Source: Eledone cirrhosa (taxonomy: Eukaryota). Taken from it: a stretch of DNA of 64,000 bases. The notes beneath the pieces were generated by a model. The model had not been told where the DNA came from. It searched no databases and was given only the letters and a program-made list of their open reading frames with translations. The first letter of the stretch is position 1. Each line of letters opens with the position of its first letter. Positions 39,454-53,334 of the stretch are shown piece after piece. The stretch lies in contig OZ024766.1 in NCBI GenBank assembly GCA_964016885.1, forward strand, positions 20,150,001 through 20,214,000. The letters run 5' to 3'. The translations under genes were made by a program, and so were the position numbers.

Positions 39454-40188
39454 CTGTAATAGTCTTCAGGTCGTTGAGGTGGTGTGTAGTGTGGGAAGCG
39501 TGGTGGTGGGTAAGGCCTCTCCGTGGGGGAGTACCGCTTGCCTGGTCCATGAATATTGCTGTTGCTGGTGTTGGCGGGAGGGGCCGGTCCGCTGGCGCTC
39601 CCGGCGGGGGCTGGGGGTATCCCAGACGACCGGGGACCCCGGCTGAACGACGTCGGCGACCAGTCCTTGCGGTAGTAAGGGTCGCGGCTGGCCACGGGCC
39701 CCAGCGGGGACCTCGTGCGCCCTCGGCTCCGGTAGGGCGGCGTCCTGCTGCGCCGGCCCCGCGCCCCGCCGGGCGAGCGCGAGTGGTGGCTGCTGCTGTG
39801 GCGGTGGTGCCGGTGGTGGTGGTGGTGGTGGTGGTGGTAGGAGGGCGAGGGCGAGCGAGAGCGCGACCGGGTCAGCGAGCGAGGCGACCGGGAGCGCGGA
39901 GACCTCGAGTACTTGCGCGGGGGCGGCGTGTACGAGCGCGACCTCGACCTCGAGCGCGACCGCGACCTGTAGCGGCTTCGTCCACCGCCGCCTCCGCCGC
40001 CGCCCCTGCCCGACGCCGGAGGGGGGCCCCGGGAGCTGGAGCGCGACCTCGACGACGACGACCCTCCCCGCGACGGCGAGGACGACCTGTAGCGACTCCG
40101 GGAGCGCGACCTCGACGATGACCTTGACCGGTACGGCGACCTTGACAATGACCTTGAGTAGGACCGACTGTTGGAGCGACTTCTGGAC
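39454..40188 (-). CDS. RBBP6: RBBP6-like RS-domain exon (735 nt, phase 2-2)
   Basis: Acceptor ctctcttcag|GTCC, donor CAG|gtaagg. Encodes [23 protein letters not shown]... Confidence 0.88.
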
Positions 40189-40244
40189 CTGAAGAGAGAG
40201 AGAGAGAGAGAGAGAGAGGTTAACAGGAGGCGACCCTAAGTAAA

Positions 40245-40447
40245 CACACACACACGCATAGATATATATTACACACACATATATACACATATACACACAC
40301 GCATAGAGATATATACACACACACACGCATAGATATATATATATACACACACGCATAGAGATATATATACACATATACACACACACACACACGCATAGAT
40401 ATATATATACACACACACACACACGCATAGAGATATATTACACACAC

Positions 40448-40480
<33 letters not shown>

Positions 40481-40870
40481 CACACGCATAGAGATATATT
40501 ACACACACATATATATATATACACATATACACACACGCATAGATATATATATACACACACACATATACACATATACACACACACACACACATGCATAGAG
40601 ATATATTACACACACATATATATATACACATACACACACACACGCATAGATATATATATATACACACACACACGCATAGAGATATATATACACACACACA
40701 CGCATAGAGATATATTACACACACATATATACACATATACACACACGCATAGATATATATATACACACACACACGCATAGATATATATATACACACACAC
40801 ACACGCATAGATATATATATACACACACACACACGCATAGATATATATATACACACATACACACGCATAG

Positions 40871-40902
<32 letters not shown>

Positions 40903-41457
40903 GCATAGAGTTATATTACACACACATATATATATACACACATACACGCACAGAGATATATTACACACACATATATATACACATATACACACACACACGC
41001 ATAGAGATATATTACACACACACACACGCATAGATATATATTACACACACACACACGCATAGATATATATTACACACACATATATATATACACATATACA
41101 CACACACACGCATAGATATATATATATACACACACACACACGCATAGATATATATATACACACACACGCATAGATATATATATACACACACACGCATAGA
41201 GATATATATACACACATACACACGCATAGAGATATATATACACACACACACGCATAGATATATATTACACACACACATATATATATACACAAACGCATAG
41301 AGATATATACACACACACACGCATAGATATATATATATACACACACACGCATAGAGATATATATACACACATACACGCATAGATATATATATACACACAC
41401 ACACGCATAGATATATATATACACACACACACACGCATAGATATATATTACACACAC

Positions 41458-41488
<31 letters not shown>

Positions 41489-41681
41489 CACATAGAGATA
41501 TATTACACACACATATATATACACACACGCATAGATATATATATACACACACACACACACACACGCATAGAGATATATATACACACACACACACACACGC
41601 ATAGATATATATATACACACACACACGCATAGATATATATATATATACACACACACACGCATAGAGATATATTACACACAC

Positions 41682-41712
<31 letters not shown>

Positions 41713-41764
41713 CGCATAGATATATATATATACACACACACGCATAGAGATATATTACACACAC

Positions 41765-41795
<31 letters not shown>

Positions 41796-42079
41796 CACAC
41801 GCATAGAGATATATTACACACACATATATATATACACATATACACACGCACACACGCATAGATATATATATACACACACACACGCATAGATATATATATA
41901 TACACACACACACACGCATAGATATATATATATACACACACACACGCATAGAGATATATTACACACACATATATATATACATATACACACACACACACGT
42001 ATAGATATATATATACACACACACACGCATAGATATATATATATACACACACACACGCATAGAGATATATTACACACAC

Positions 42080-42110
<31 letters not shown>

Positions 42111-42245
42111 CACACACGCGTAGAGATATATTACACACACATATATATATATATACACACACACACGCATAGATATATATACACACACACACACGCATAG
42201 ATATATATATACACACACACACGCATAGAGATATATTACACACAC

Positions 42246-42276
<31 letters not shown>

Positions 42277-42472
42277 CGCATAGATATATATATACACACA
42301 CACACGCATAGATATATATATACACACACACACACGCATAGATATATATATATACACACACACACGCATAGAGATATATATATACACACACACACGCATA
42401 GAGATATATATATACACACACACGCATAGATATATATATACACACACACACGCATAGATATATTACACACAC

Positions 42473-42503
<31 letters not shown>

Positions 42504-42849
42504 CACGCATAGATATATATATACACACACACACACACACACGCATAGAGATATATTACACACACATATATATATACATATACACACACACGCATAGAGA
42601 TATATTACACACACATATATATATACACATATACACACACGCATAGATATATATTACACACACATATATATACACATATACACACACACACACGCATAGA
42701 TATATATATACACACACACACACAGAGATATATTACACACACATATATATATACACATATACACACACGCATAGATATATATATACACACATACACACGC
42801 ATAGATATATATATACACACACACACGCATAGAGATATATTACACACAC

Positions 42850-42880
<31 letters not shown>

Positions 42881-42934
42881 CGCATAGATATATATATACA
42901 CACACACACACGCATAGATATATATTACACACAC

Positions 42935-42965
<31 letters not shown>

Positions 42966-43409
42966 CACGCATAGATATATATATATACACACACACACGC
43001 ATAGATATATATATACACACACACGCATGTATATATATATACACACACACACACGCATAGATATATATATACACACATACACACGCATAGATATATATAT
43101 ACACACACACACGCATAGATATATATATATACACACACACACACACGCATAGAGATATATATACACACATACACGCATAGATAGATATATATATACACAC
43201 ACACACGCATAGAGATATATTACACACACACATACACACATAGATATATATATACACACACACACACACACACGCATAGAGATATATTACACACACATAT
43301 ATATATACACATATACACACGCATAGATATATATATACACACACACACACGCATAGATATATATATATACACACACACACACACACGCATAGAGATATAT
43401 TACACACAC

Positions 43410-43440
<31 letters not shown>

Positions 43441-43829
43441 CGCATAGAGATATATATACACACACACACACACGCATAGATATATATATATACACACACA
43501 CGCATAGATATATATATACACACACACGCATAGAGATATATATACACACATACACACGCATAGAGATATATATACACACACACACGCATAGATATATATA
43601 TACACACACACACACGCATAGATATATATATACACACACACACGCATAGATATATATATATACACACACACGCATAGATATATATATATACACACACACG
43701 CATAGATATATATATACACACACACACGCATAGAGATATACTACACACACATATATATACACACATATACACACACGCATAGATATATATATACACACAC
43801 ACACGCATAGAGATATATTACACACACAC

Positions 43830-43860
<31 letters not shown>

Positions 43861-44025
43861 CACATAGATATATATATACACACACACACGCATAGAGATA
43901 TATATACACACACACACACGCATAGATATATATATACACACACACACGCATAGATATATATTACACACACATATATATACACATACACACACACACACAC
44001 ACGCATAGAGATATATTACACACAC

Positions 44026-44056
<31 letters not shown>

Positions 44057-44555
44057 CATAGAGATATATTACACACACACACGCATAGATATATATATAT
44101 ACACACACATACTTATATATATACATACACACAGATATATATTACACACACACACACGCATAGATATATATATATACACACACATACATACTTATATATA
44201 TACATACACACAGATATATATTACACACACACATACTCATAGATATATATTACACCCACATACATACTTATATATATATACACAAACATACACAGATATA
44301 TATTACACACATATATATACACAGATATATATACACACACATACTTATATATATATACACAAACATACACAGATATATATTACACACATATATATACACA
44401 CACATACTTATATATATATATACACACACACACATACATACACAGATATATATTACACACACTCATATATATACACACACATACGCAGATATATATTACA
44501 CACACATACGCATATATATATTAAACACACATATATATATATATATACACACACA
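40245..44555. repeat. (CA)n/(TA)n compound array with a recurring CGCATAGA motif
   Basis: Direct inspection. Confidence 0.95.
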
Positions 44556-44556
44556 C

Positions 44557-45240
44557 GTTCCCACAGGAGCACTAAGTGCAGTGTCAACTCTGGATGTCAG
44601 TGAGCATATCCAGTTAACCTTTGTCTCCCTCTTCCAGTGTGACCATGTAGGGGCTCCCACAGGAGCACTAAGTGCAGTGTCAACTCTGGATGTCGGTGAG
44701 CATGTCCAGCTAACCTCAGTCTCCCTCTTCCAGTGTGTCCATGTAGGGGCTCCCACAGGAGCACTGAGTGCAGTGTCAACTCTGGATGTCAGTGAGCATG
44801 TCCAGCTAACCTCAGTCTCCCTCTTCCAGTGTGTCCATGTAGGGGCTCCCACAGGAGCACTGAGTGCAGTGTCAACTCTGGATGTCGGTGAGCATGTCCA
44901 GCTAACCTCAGTCTCCCTCTTCCAGTGTGTCCATGTAGGGGCTCCCACAGGAGCACTGAGTGCAGTGTCAACTCTGGATGTCAGTGAGCATGTCCAGCTA
45001 ACCTCAGTCTCCCTCTTCCAGTGTGTCCATGTAGGGGCTCCCACAGGAGCACTGAGTGCAGTGTCAACTCTGGATGTCGGTGAGCATGTCCAGCTAACCT
45101 CAGTCTCCCTCTTCCAGTGTGTCCATGTAGGGGCTCCCACAGGAGCACTGAGTGCAGTGTCAACTCTGGATGTCGGTGAGCATGTCCAGCTAACCCCAGT
45201 CTCCCTCTTCCAGTGTGTCCATGTAGGGGCGCCCACAGGA
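44557..45240 (-). repeat. Second 96-bp LINE-derived array (~7 copies)
   Basis: Same unit as 12320-14991. Confidence 0.93.
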
Positions 45241-45244
45241 TACA

Positions 45245-46425
45245 GTGAAAGAGGCAGAGGACTTTATGCGGGAGGTTGAGACTGTGTGGGGCTGAGAATG
45301 AATGAGACTAAAACAAAATATCTGGTAGAGAACGTTGAGAAGCCAGAGGGGATTACTAATGTAGGCGGGAAGCCACTAGAATTGGTTGAGGGCTTCCTGC
45401 ATTTGGGAGCAAAGATTGGGAATACGGAAGATGATGTGGTTGAGAGGAAGAGCAAAGCCTGGGCGGCGTGCCACAGCTTGAAATCGGTGTGGAAGTTGGA
45501 CCTTCGTATAGACCTGAAAATCTGCCTCTTCATTGCTGTAGTGGAGTCTGTGCTGCTGTACGGGTCTGAGACTTGGACACTGACCAAGAAACTCACCCAA
45601 GTGGTGGATGGGTGCTACACGAGAATGCTGAGGATGGCTCGTTGTTGTAGTGGAGTCTGTGCTGCTGTACGGGTCTGAGACTTGGACACTGACCAAGAAA
45701 CTCACTCAGATGGTGGATGGGTGCTACACGAGAATGCTGAGGATGGCTCGTTGTTGTAGTGGAGTCTGTGCTGCTGTACGGGTCTGAGACTTGGACACTG
45801 ACCAAGAAACTCACTCAGATGGTGGATGGGTGCTACACGAGAATGCTGAGGATGGCTCGTTGTTGTAGTGGAGTCTGTGCTGCTGTACGGGTCTGGGACT
45901 TGGACACTGACCAAGAAACTCACTCAGATGGTGGATGGGTGCTACACGAGAATGCTGAGGATGGCTCGTTGTTGTAGTGGAGTCTGTGCTGCTGTACGGG
46001 TCTGAGACTTGGACACTGACCAAGAAACTCACTCAGATGGTGGATGGGTGCTACACGAGAATGCTGAGGATGGCTCGTTGTTGTAGTGGAGTCTGTGCTG
46101 CTGTACGGGTCTGAGACTTGGACACTGACCAAGAAACTCACCCAAGTGGTGGATGGGTGCTACACGAGAATGCTGAGGATGGCTCGTTGTTGTAGTGGAG
46201 TCTGTGCTGCTGTACGGGTCTGAGACTTGGACACTGACCAAGAAACTCACCCAAGTGGTGGATGGGTGCTACACGAGAATGCTGAGGATGGCTCTGAACA
46301 TTAATCAGTATATACTGAGGATGAAGAACTCAGAGCTGTACGGGAGCCTCCCAAAAGTCAGCTCAAAAGTGACACAGAGGAGACTGAGGTTAGCTGGACA
46401 TGCTCACCGACATCCAGAGTTGACA
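45245..46425 (+). mobile_element. RTE-like LINE RT C-terminal fragment with an internal 109-bp tandem array (7 copies, ~45536-46293)
   Basis: Reads [55 protein letters not shown]. The 109-bp period is visible in the ORF track. Confidence 0.9.
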
Positions 46426-46479
46426 TTTATATATATATATAATATATATATATATCTGAGGCTATAGAACCCAAGACTT

Positions 46480-46758
46480 GTTTACAGTGAGTGCTGGGTG
46501 CTTTTTTGCCGTGGCACCTCCACGACCACTTTACAGTGTGGGCTGGGTGCTTTTTTGCCGTGGCGCCTCCACGACCACTTTACAGTGGAATGATAGGGAC
46601 CCCAGTCCCTATCATCTCATTTCTACAGCTGAGTAAACTGGAGCAATGTGAAATAAAGTGTCTTGCTCAAGGAAACAACACATCACCCGGTCTGAGAATT
46701 GAACTCACAACCTTTCGATTGCAAGGCCAATGCTCTAACCACTAAGCCATGTGCCTCC

Positions 46759-46759
<1 letters not shown>
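46480..46759 (-). mobile_element. tRNA-derived SINE, 5' portion
   Basis: Reverse complement of 62619-62900, with A box TGGCTTAGTGG and B box GAGTTCAATTC. Confidence 0.85.
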
Positions 46760-46792
<33 letters not shown>

Positions 46793-46959
46793 ATATATGT
46801 ATATATTGCCACAAAAAAAGCCATAAAAGAATCATGGAAAATATTTTTTTACGATCCTTAAGAAAAGAAAAGAAAAAAGAAAAACAAAGATACAATCTGC
46901 GTGACCATGGAAACCAAAATAACAACAACAACAGCAATAACGAGGGGAGTGAGGGTGGG

Positions 46960-47116
46960 GGATAAAAGCCGATTAAATCGACCCCATTACTGGTACTTTA
47001 TTTTATCGACCCCCTGCCAGAATGAAAGGCAAAGTTAACCTCGACGGAATTTGGACTCAGACCGTAAAGGGCCATAACTCTATGCTACAAAGCATGGCGT
47101 CCGACTCTCTACCGAT
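46960..47116 (-). mobile_element. SINE fragment with a Deu/Nin-like core
   Basis: Minus strand CTGAGTCCAAATTCCGTCGAGGTTAACTTTGCCTTTCATTCT..GGGGTCGATAAAATAAAGTACCAG resembles the GCCTTTCATCCTT..GGTCGATAAAATGAGTACCAG core of Deu/Nin SINEs. Confidence 0.7.
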
Positions 47117-48159
47117 ACAGCAACAACAACAACAACAACAACAACAACACCAGTAACAACAACACCAGTAAGAGACCTGGAAGAGGACAGGGTGAAATCT
47201 ACGACCTGCCTTCGCTACCAATAGACCAACACCACCACCACCACCAACGACAACTGCACCACCATCTTGAACAACACCAATACAACAGTAAAAAGACTAC
47301 CACCACCACCAACAACAACAGCAGTCACAACACAACACCACCAACTACAGCAGTCACAACACACCACAACAGCACCACCACCAACTACAACAGTCGCAAC
47401 ACACCACCAATACATTCACACCGCTAACAACAGTAAGACCAGTCCAAATACAACCAACATCACCGATGTACCAGTCACAATACAACAGAAACATACACTA
47501 CAGCACAACACCACCAATACCAACACAACAACACAACAACAACGACACCACACAACACAACACCACCACCACCGATACAACAACACCACCACCACCAACA
47601 CAACACCACAACCTACACAACACCACCATCGACACAACACCACAACACCAACACAACAACACCACCACAACACAACACAACAACACCACCATCACCAACA
47701 CAACAACACCACCGATACCAACACCACAACACAACACCACCAACACAACAACAACACCACCACCAACACCACAACACCACCACCAACACAACAACACCAC
47801 CGATACCAACACCACAACACAACACCACCAACACAACAACAACACCACCGACACCACAAACAACAACAACAACACCACCACCACCAACACAACAACACAA
47901 CAACACCACCAACAATGCCAACACCACAACACAACACCACCAACACAACAACACCACCACCACCACCAACACAACAACAACACCACCACCAACACAACAA
48001 CAACACCACAACCAACACAACAACAACACCACCAACAACAACAACACCACCACCAACACAACAACAACACCACCAACAACACAACAACACAACCACCACC
48101 AACACAACAACACCACCGATACAACAACAACAACAACAACAACAACACCAGTAACCGAC

Positions 48160-48264
48160 CTGGAAGGGGACAGGGTGAAATCTACATCGACCTGCCTTCG
48201 TTTCTGTTCCTGCCGAAACTCCATAAGTTGTCGAGCAAAGTCATCAAAGGGATCGGATTTCTTT
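48160..48264 (-). CDS. RBBP6: RBBP6-like small exon (105 nt, phase 2-2)
   Basis: Acceptor gatttcag|A, donor CAG|gtcggt. KKSDPFDDFARQLMEFRQEQKRR aligns by eye with KKSKLDEFTNDFAKELMEYKKIQKERRR of human RBBP6. Confidence 0.85.
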
Positions 48265-48429
48265 CTGAAATCAGGAACTGACACTGTAACAGACTTTCCA
48301 TAAGTGACCACCACCTCCTCAACACACCTCCACCTCCGTCTATAAAGACCTACCTACCTACCTCTCAGATCCTGTTGTTGTTGTTGTTGTCGGTTGTAGA
48401 AGTACCTTGCTTAAATGTGTTTGTGTGTA

Positions 48430-48484
<55 letters not shown>

Positions 48485-48537
48485 GTGTGTTGGTGTACAC
48501 ACAAATGTATACACACACACACACATTTATATCTGAA

Positions 48538-48577
<40 letters not shown>

Positions 48578-49559
48578 CAAGGTATTGATACATATTAAAT
48601 ATATGACGAGTGTATGTGTGTGTGTGTGTGTATATATGTATGTATGTATGTAAATGTGTGTTGGTGTACACACAAATGTATACACACACACACATTTATA
48701 TCTGAATATATATATATATATATGTATATATACACAAGGTATTGATACATATTAAATATATGACGACCATATATATACACATATATATATATACACACAC
48801 ACAAGAAGTAAACAGAAATAACAAAGCAAACAACACAGTACAATGAAGAAACATATTAGTTTTACACTTGATATAGTAGGAAAAGAGGCTTAACGTATCG
48901 GACACTGGTCCTTCATCAAAAAATAGAATGAATAATGAATTAAAGAGATAGATTGATAGAGGAACACACACATTCAAAATTTGGAGAGAATAGTTTACAG
49001 AGTCACCCTTACGCCAACAAATGGCATCCAGAATAACAGCAAATATGTTCAAAAGTAGGTAAAGTCAACATGTACACTCCTTGAGGAACATGAGCAGAGG
49101 AAGTTTTCACCTCTCTGCCTTGTTTTCTCTTGAGGGTCTTCGACAAGAAAAGCAACCCTTCCCCGCTGCACACATCTAGACATAGCACCTCGCTTCCAGC
49201 CCCAGGGACATTATTCTGCAAAATGTTGCACATATCTATATATACACTCACACATATACATATAGACAAACACACACATATATATATAGACACACATAAA
49301 TACATATATATACACACTCACAAATATATATACATATAGACACATATATATATATATATACAGACACACATAAATACAAATACATATATATATATACACA
49401 TATAAACACACATAAATACATACATATATACATACACACACAAATATATATACATATAGACACATATATATAAACATACACACATAAATACAAACACATA
49501 CATATATATATACATATAAACACACAAATACATATATACACACACATACATACACACAT

Positions 49560-50195
49560 ATCATCATCATCATCACTGTTTTATGTCCGTTCTTCCATGC
49601 TAGCATGGGTTAGACAGGTTGTCCTGTTGTGGGCAGTGTCCGGTCAGCTAACCTTGTCTTGCTCATACGGGAACTGATTGTGGCTTGATTTCTACAGCTG
49701 GATGCCCTTCCTAACACCAACCTCATTTTACAGTGAGTGGTGGGTGTTTTTTTGCCGTGGCACCTCCACGACCACTTTACAGTGAGTGCTGGGTGCTTTT
49801 TTGTCGTGGCACCTCCCCGACCACTCTACAGTGAGTGCTGGGTGCTTTTTTGCCGTGGCACCTCCACGACCACTTTACAGTGAGTGCTGGGTGTTTTTTT
49901 GCCGTGGCACCTCCACGACCACTTAGCAGTGAGTGCTGGGTGCTTTTTTGCATGGCACCTCCACAACCTCTTTACAGTGAGTGCTGGGTGCTTTTTTGCC
50001 ATGGCACCTCCACAACCACTTTGCAGTGGAATGATAGGGACCCCAGTCCCTATCATCTCATTTCTACAGCTGAGTAAACTGAAGCAACGTGAAATAAAGA
50101 GTCTTGCTCAAAGACACAACACACAGCCTAGTCTGGGAGACAAACTCACTACCTTACAGTCACAAGGACAGATTCCTTAACACAAAGCCACATGA
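49560..50195 (-). mobile_element. tRNA-derived SINE with internal 49-bp repeats
   Basis: Reverse complement of the 62619-63300 family, including the (TGA)n tail at 49560. Confidence 0.85.
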
Positions 50196-50589
50196 CTTCA
50201 CACCAACCCAGACCAGAATTAATATATATATATATATACACACCTTGTAACCAAATCGAAATTGGTCATATATATATATATTTACATACGTATGTATATA
50301 AAAACATTATAAAATGTTATTTAAACACTAATATATATATCACTATAATAAATATAAAAACATACTATAATATAATATATATATACATACATATATGTAT
50401 GTATATATATATATATACTATCATATATATATATATAGTGGTAGAACACTGGAAGGTAATATCCATAGTGGCAGAGCACTCAGTGGTAGAAGTGGTTATA
50501 CAACAGTTAGTTTTATATATATAAACACACTATAATATAATATATACATTCCTATATATAGAAATATATATATTTATATATACATATAC

Positions 50590-50682
50590 ATTTATACATA
50601 CTGTAAAATACTATATATATATATATATACACTGTAAATGCTATATATATATATAGATATATACACACACATTGTAAAATGC

Positions 50683-50714
<32 letters not shown>

Positions 50715-53033
50715 GACACTGTAAAATGCTATATATACATATATACACTATAATATGCTATATATACATATATACACACTGTAAAATGCTATATATACAT
50801 ATATACACACTGTAAAATACTATATATGCATATATATACACTATAAAAATGCTATATATACATATATACACACTGTAAAATGCTATATATACATATATAC
50901 ACACTGTAAAATACTATATATACATATATATACACTATAAAAATGCTATATATACATATATATACACTGTAAAATGCTATATATACATATATACACACTG
51001 TAAAATACTATATATACATATATATACATATATACACACTGTAAAATGCTATATATACATATATACACACTGTAAAATACTATATATGCATATATATACA
51101 CTATAAAAATGCTATATATACATATATACACACTGTAAAATGCTATATATACATATATACACACTGTAAAATACTATATATACATATATATACACTATAA
51201 AATAATATATATACATATATACACACTGTAAAATGCTACATATGCATATATATACACTGTAAAATGCTATATATACATATATATACACTATAAAATGCTA
51301 TATATACATATATATACACTGTAAAATACTATATATACATATATACACACTGTAAAATGCTATATATACATATATATACACTGTAAAATGCTATATATAC
51401 ATATATACACACTGTAAAATGCTATATATACATATATACACTATAAAAATGCTATATATACATATATACACACTGTAAAATGCTATATATACATATATAC
51501 ACACTGTAAAATGCTATATATACATATATATACACTGTAAGATACTATATATACATATATACACACTGTAAAATACTATATATACATATATATACACTAT
51601 AAAATAATATATATACATATATACACACTGTAAAATGCTACATATGCATATATATATATACACTATAAAATGCTATATATACATATATATACACTGTAAG
51701 ATACTATATATACATATATACACACTGTAAAATGCTATATATACATATATACACACTGTAAAATACTATATATGCATATATATACACTATAAAAATGCTA
51801 TATATACATATATACACACTGTAAAATGCTATATATACATATATATACACACTGTAAAATACTATATATACATATATATACACTATAAAAATGCTATATA
51901 TACATATATATACACTGTAAAATGCTATATATACATATATACACACTGTAAAATACTATATATACATATATATACACTATAAAATAATATATATACATAT
52001 ATACACACTGTAAAATGCTACATATGCATATATATACACTATAAAATGCTATATATACATATATATACACTGTAAGATACTATATATACATATATACACA
52101 CTGTAAAATGCTATATATACATATATACACACTGTAAAATACTATATATGCATATATATACACTATAAAAATGCTATATATACATATATACACACTGTAA
52201 AATGCTATATATACATATATACACACTGTAAAATACTATATATACATATATATACACTATAAAATACTATATATACATATATACACACTATAAAATGCTA
52301 TATATACACTGTAAGATACTATATATACATATATACACACTGTAAAATACTATATATACATATATATACACTATAAAATACTATATATACATATATATAC
52401 ACTATAAAATACTATATATACATATATACACACTATAAAATGCTATATATACATATATATACACTGTAAGATACTATATATACATATATACACACTGTAA
52501 AATACTATATATACATATATACACACTGTAAAATACTATATATACATATATATACACTGTAAGATACTATATATACATATATATACACTGTAAAATACTA
52601 TATATACATATATACACACTGTAAAATACTATATATACATATATACACACTGTAAAATACTATATATGCATATATATACACTATAAAATGCTATATATAC
52701 ATATATATACACTGTAAGATACTATATATACATATATACACACTGTAAAATGCTATATATACATATATACACACTGTAAAATACTATATATGCATATATA
52801 TACACTATAAAATGCTATATATACATATATACACACTGTAAAATGCTACATATACACACACTGTAAAATGCTATATATACATATATATACACTGTAAAAT
52901 ACTATATATACATATATACACACTGTAAAATACTATATATACATATATACACACTGTAAAATGCTATATATACATATATATACACTGTAAGATACTATAT
53001 ATACATATATACACACTGTAAAATACTATATAT
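50590..53033. repeat. ~31-bp AT-rich minisatellite (CACTGTAAAATGCTATATATACATATATACA)n
   Basis: Direct inspection. It abuts the donor at 53039. Confidence 0.95.
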
Positions 53034-53039
53034 ACTTAC

Positions 53040-53211
53040 TTGTCTTCTTCAATCAATCGTCGTTTCTCTCTGTAGAATTCCTCGGGGGTGAGGGGTCGCG
53101 GGCCCGTGGGTACTGACCTGATGGGGTAGAGACGAGGGCCGGCACTGTACGGGGCAATAGGGGGCGCTATAAATCCAGAAGGGGGCGGCATCACAGGCCC
53201 CTGGGAAACAC
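53040..53211 (-). CDS. RBBP6: RBBP6-like exon (172 nt, phase 1-2)
   Basis: Acceptor ctttcccag|G, donor AA|gtaagt. PLTPEEFYREKRRLIEED matches the PLSREEFYREQRRLKEE motif of RBBP6. Confidence 0.9.
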
Positions 53212-53334
53212 CTGGGAAAGCAGAAGGAAGACAGAGACATGAGAAACAGAGAAGATTAGGGATCAGGTATAAGGGACACTGTATTTTAGGGAGACCCAGG
53301 GAACTCTGTAGTGACATACAGCATGTCTAGGGCA

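Noticed and set aside
31949-40121. Plus-strand ORFs of 444, 311 and 247 aa, and minus-strand ORFs over CSGALNACT and STEAP
   Set aside because: They are antisense shadows of GC-rich coding exons.
48885-48925. Minus-strand copy of the 17876 hammerhead
   Set aside because: The core is mutated (TTGATGA, GATA), so it is presumed inactive. It does show the motif belongs to a dispersed family.
53201-53203. Second acceptor 11 nt inside exon 53211
   Set aside because: It would shift the frame, and nothing supports it beyond the motif itself.
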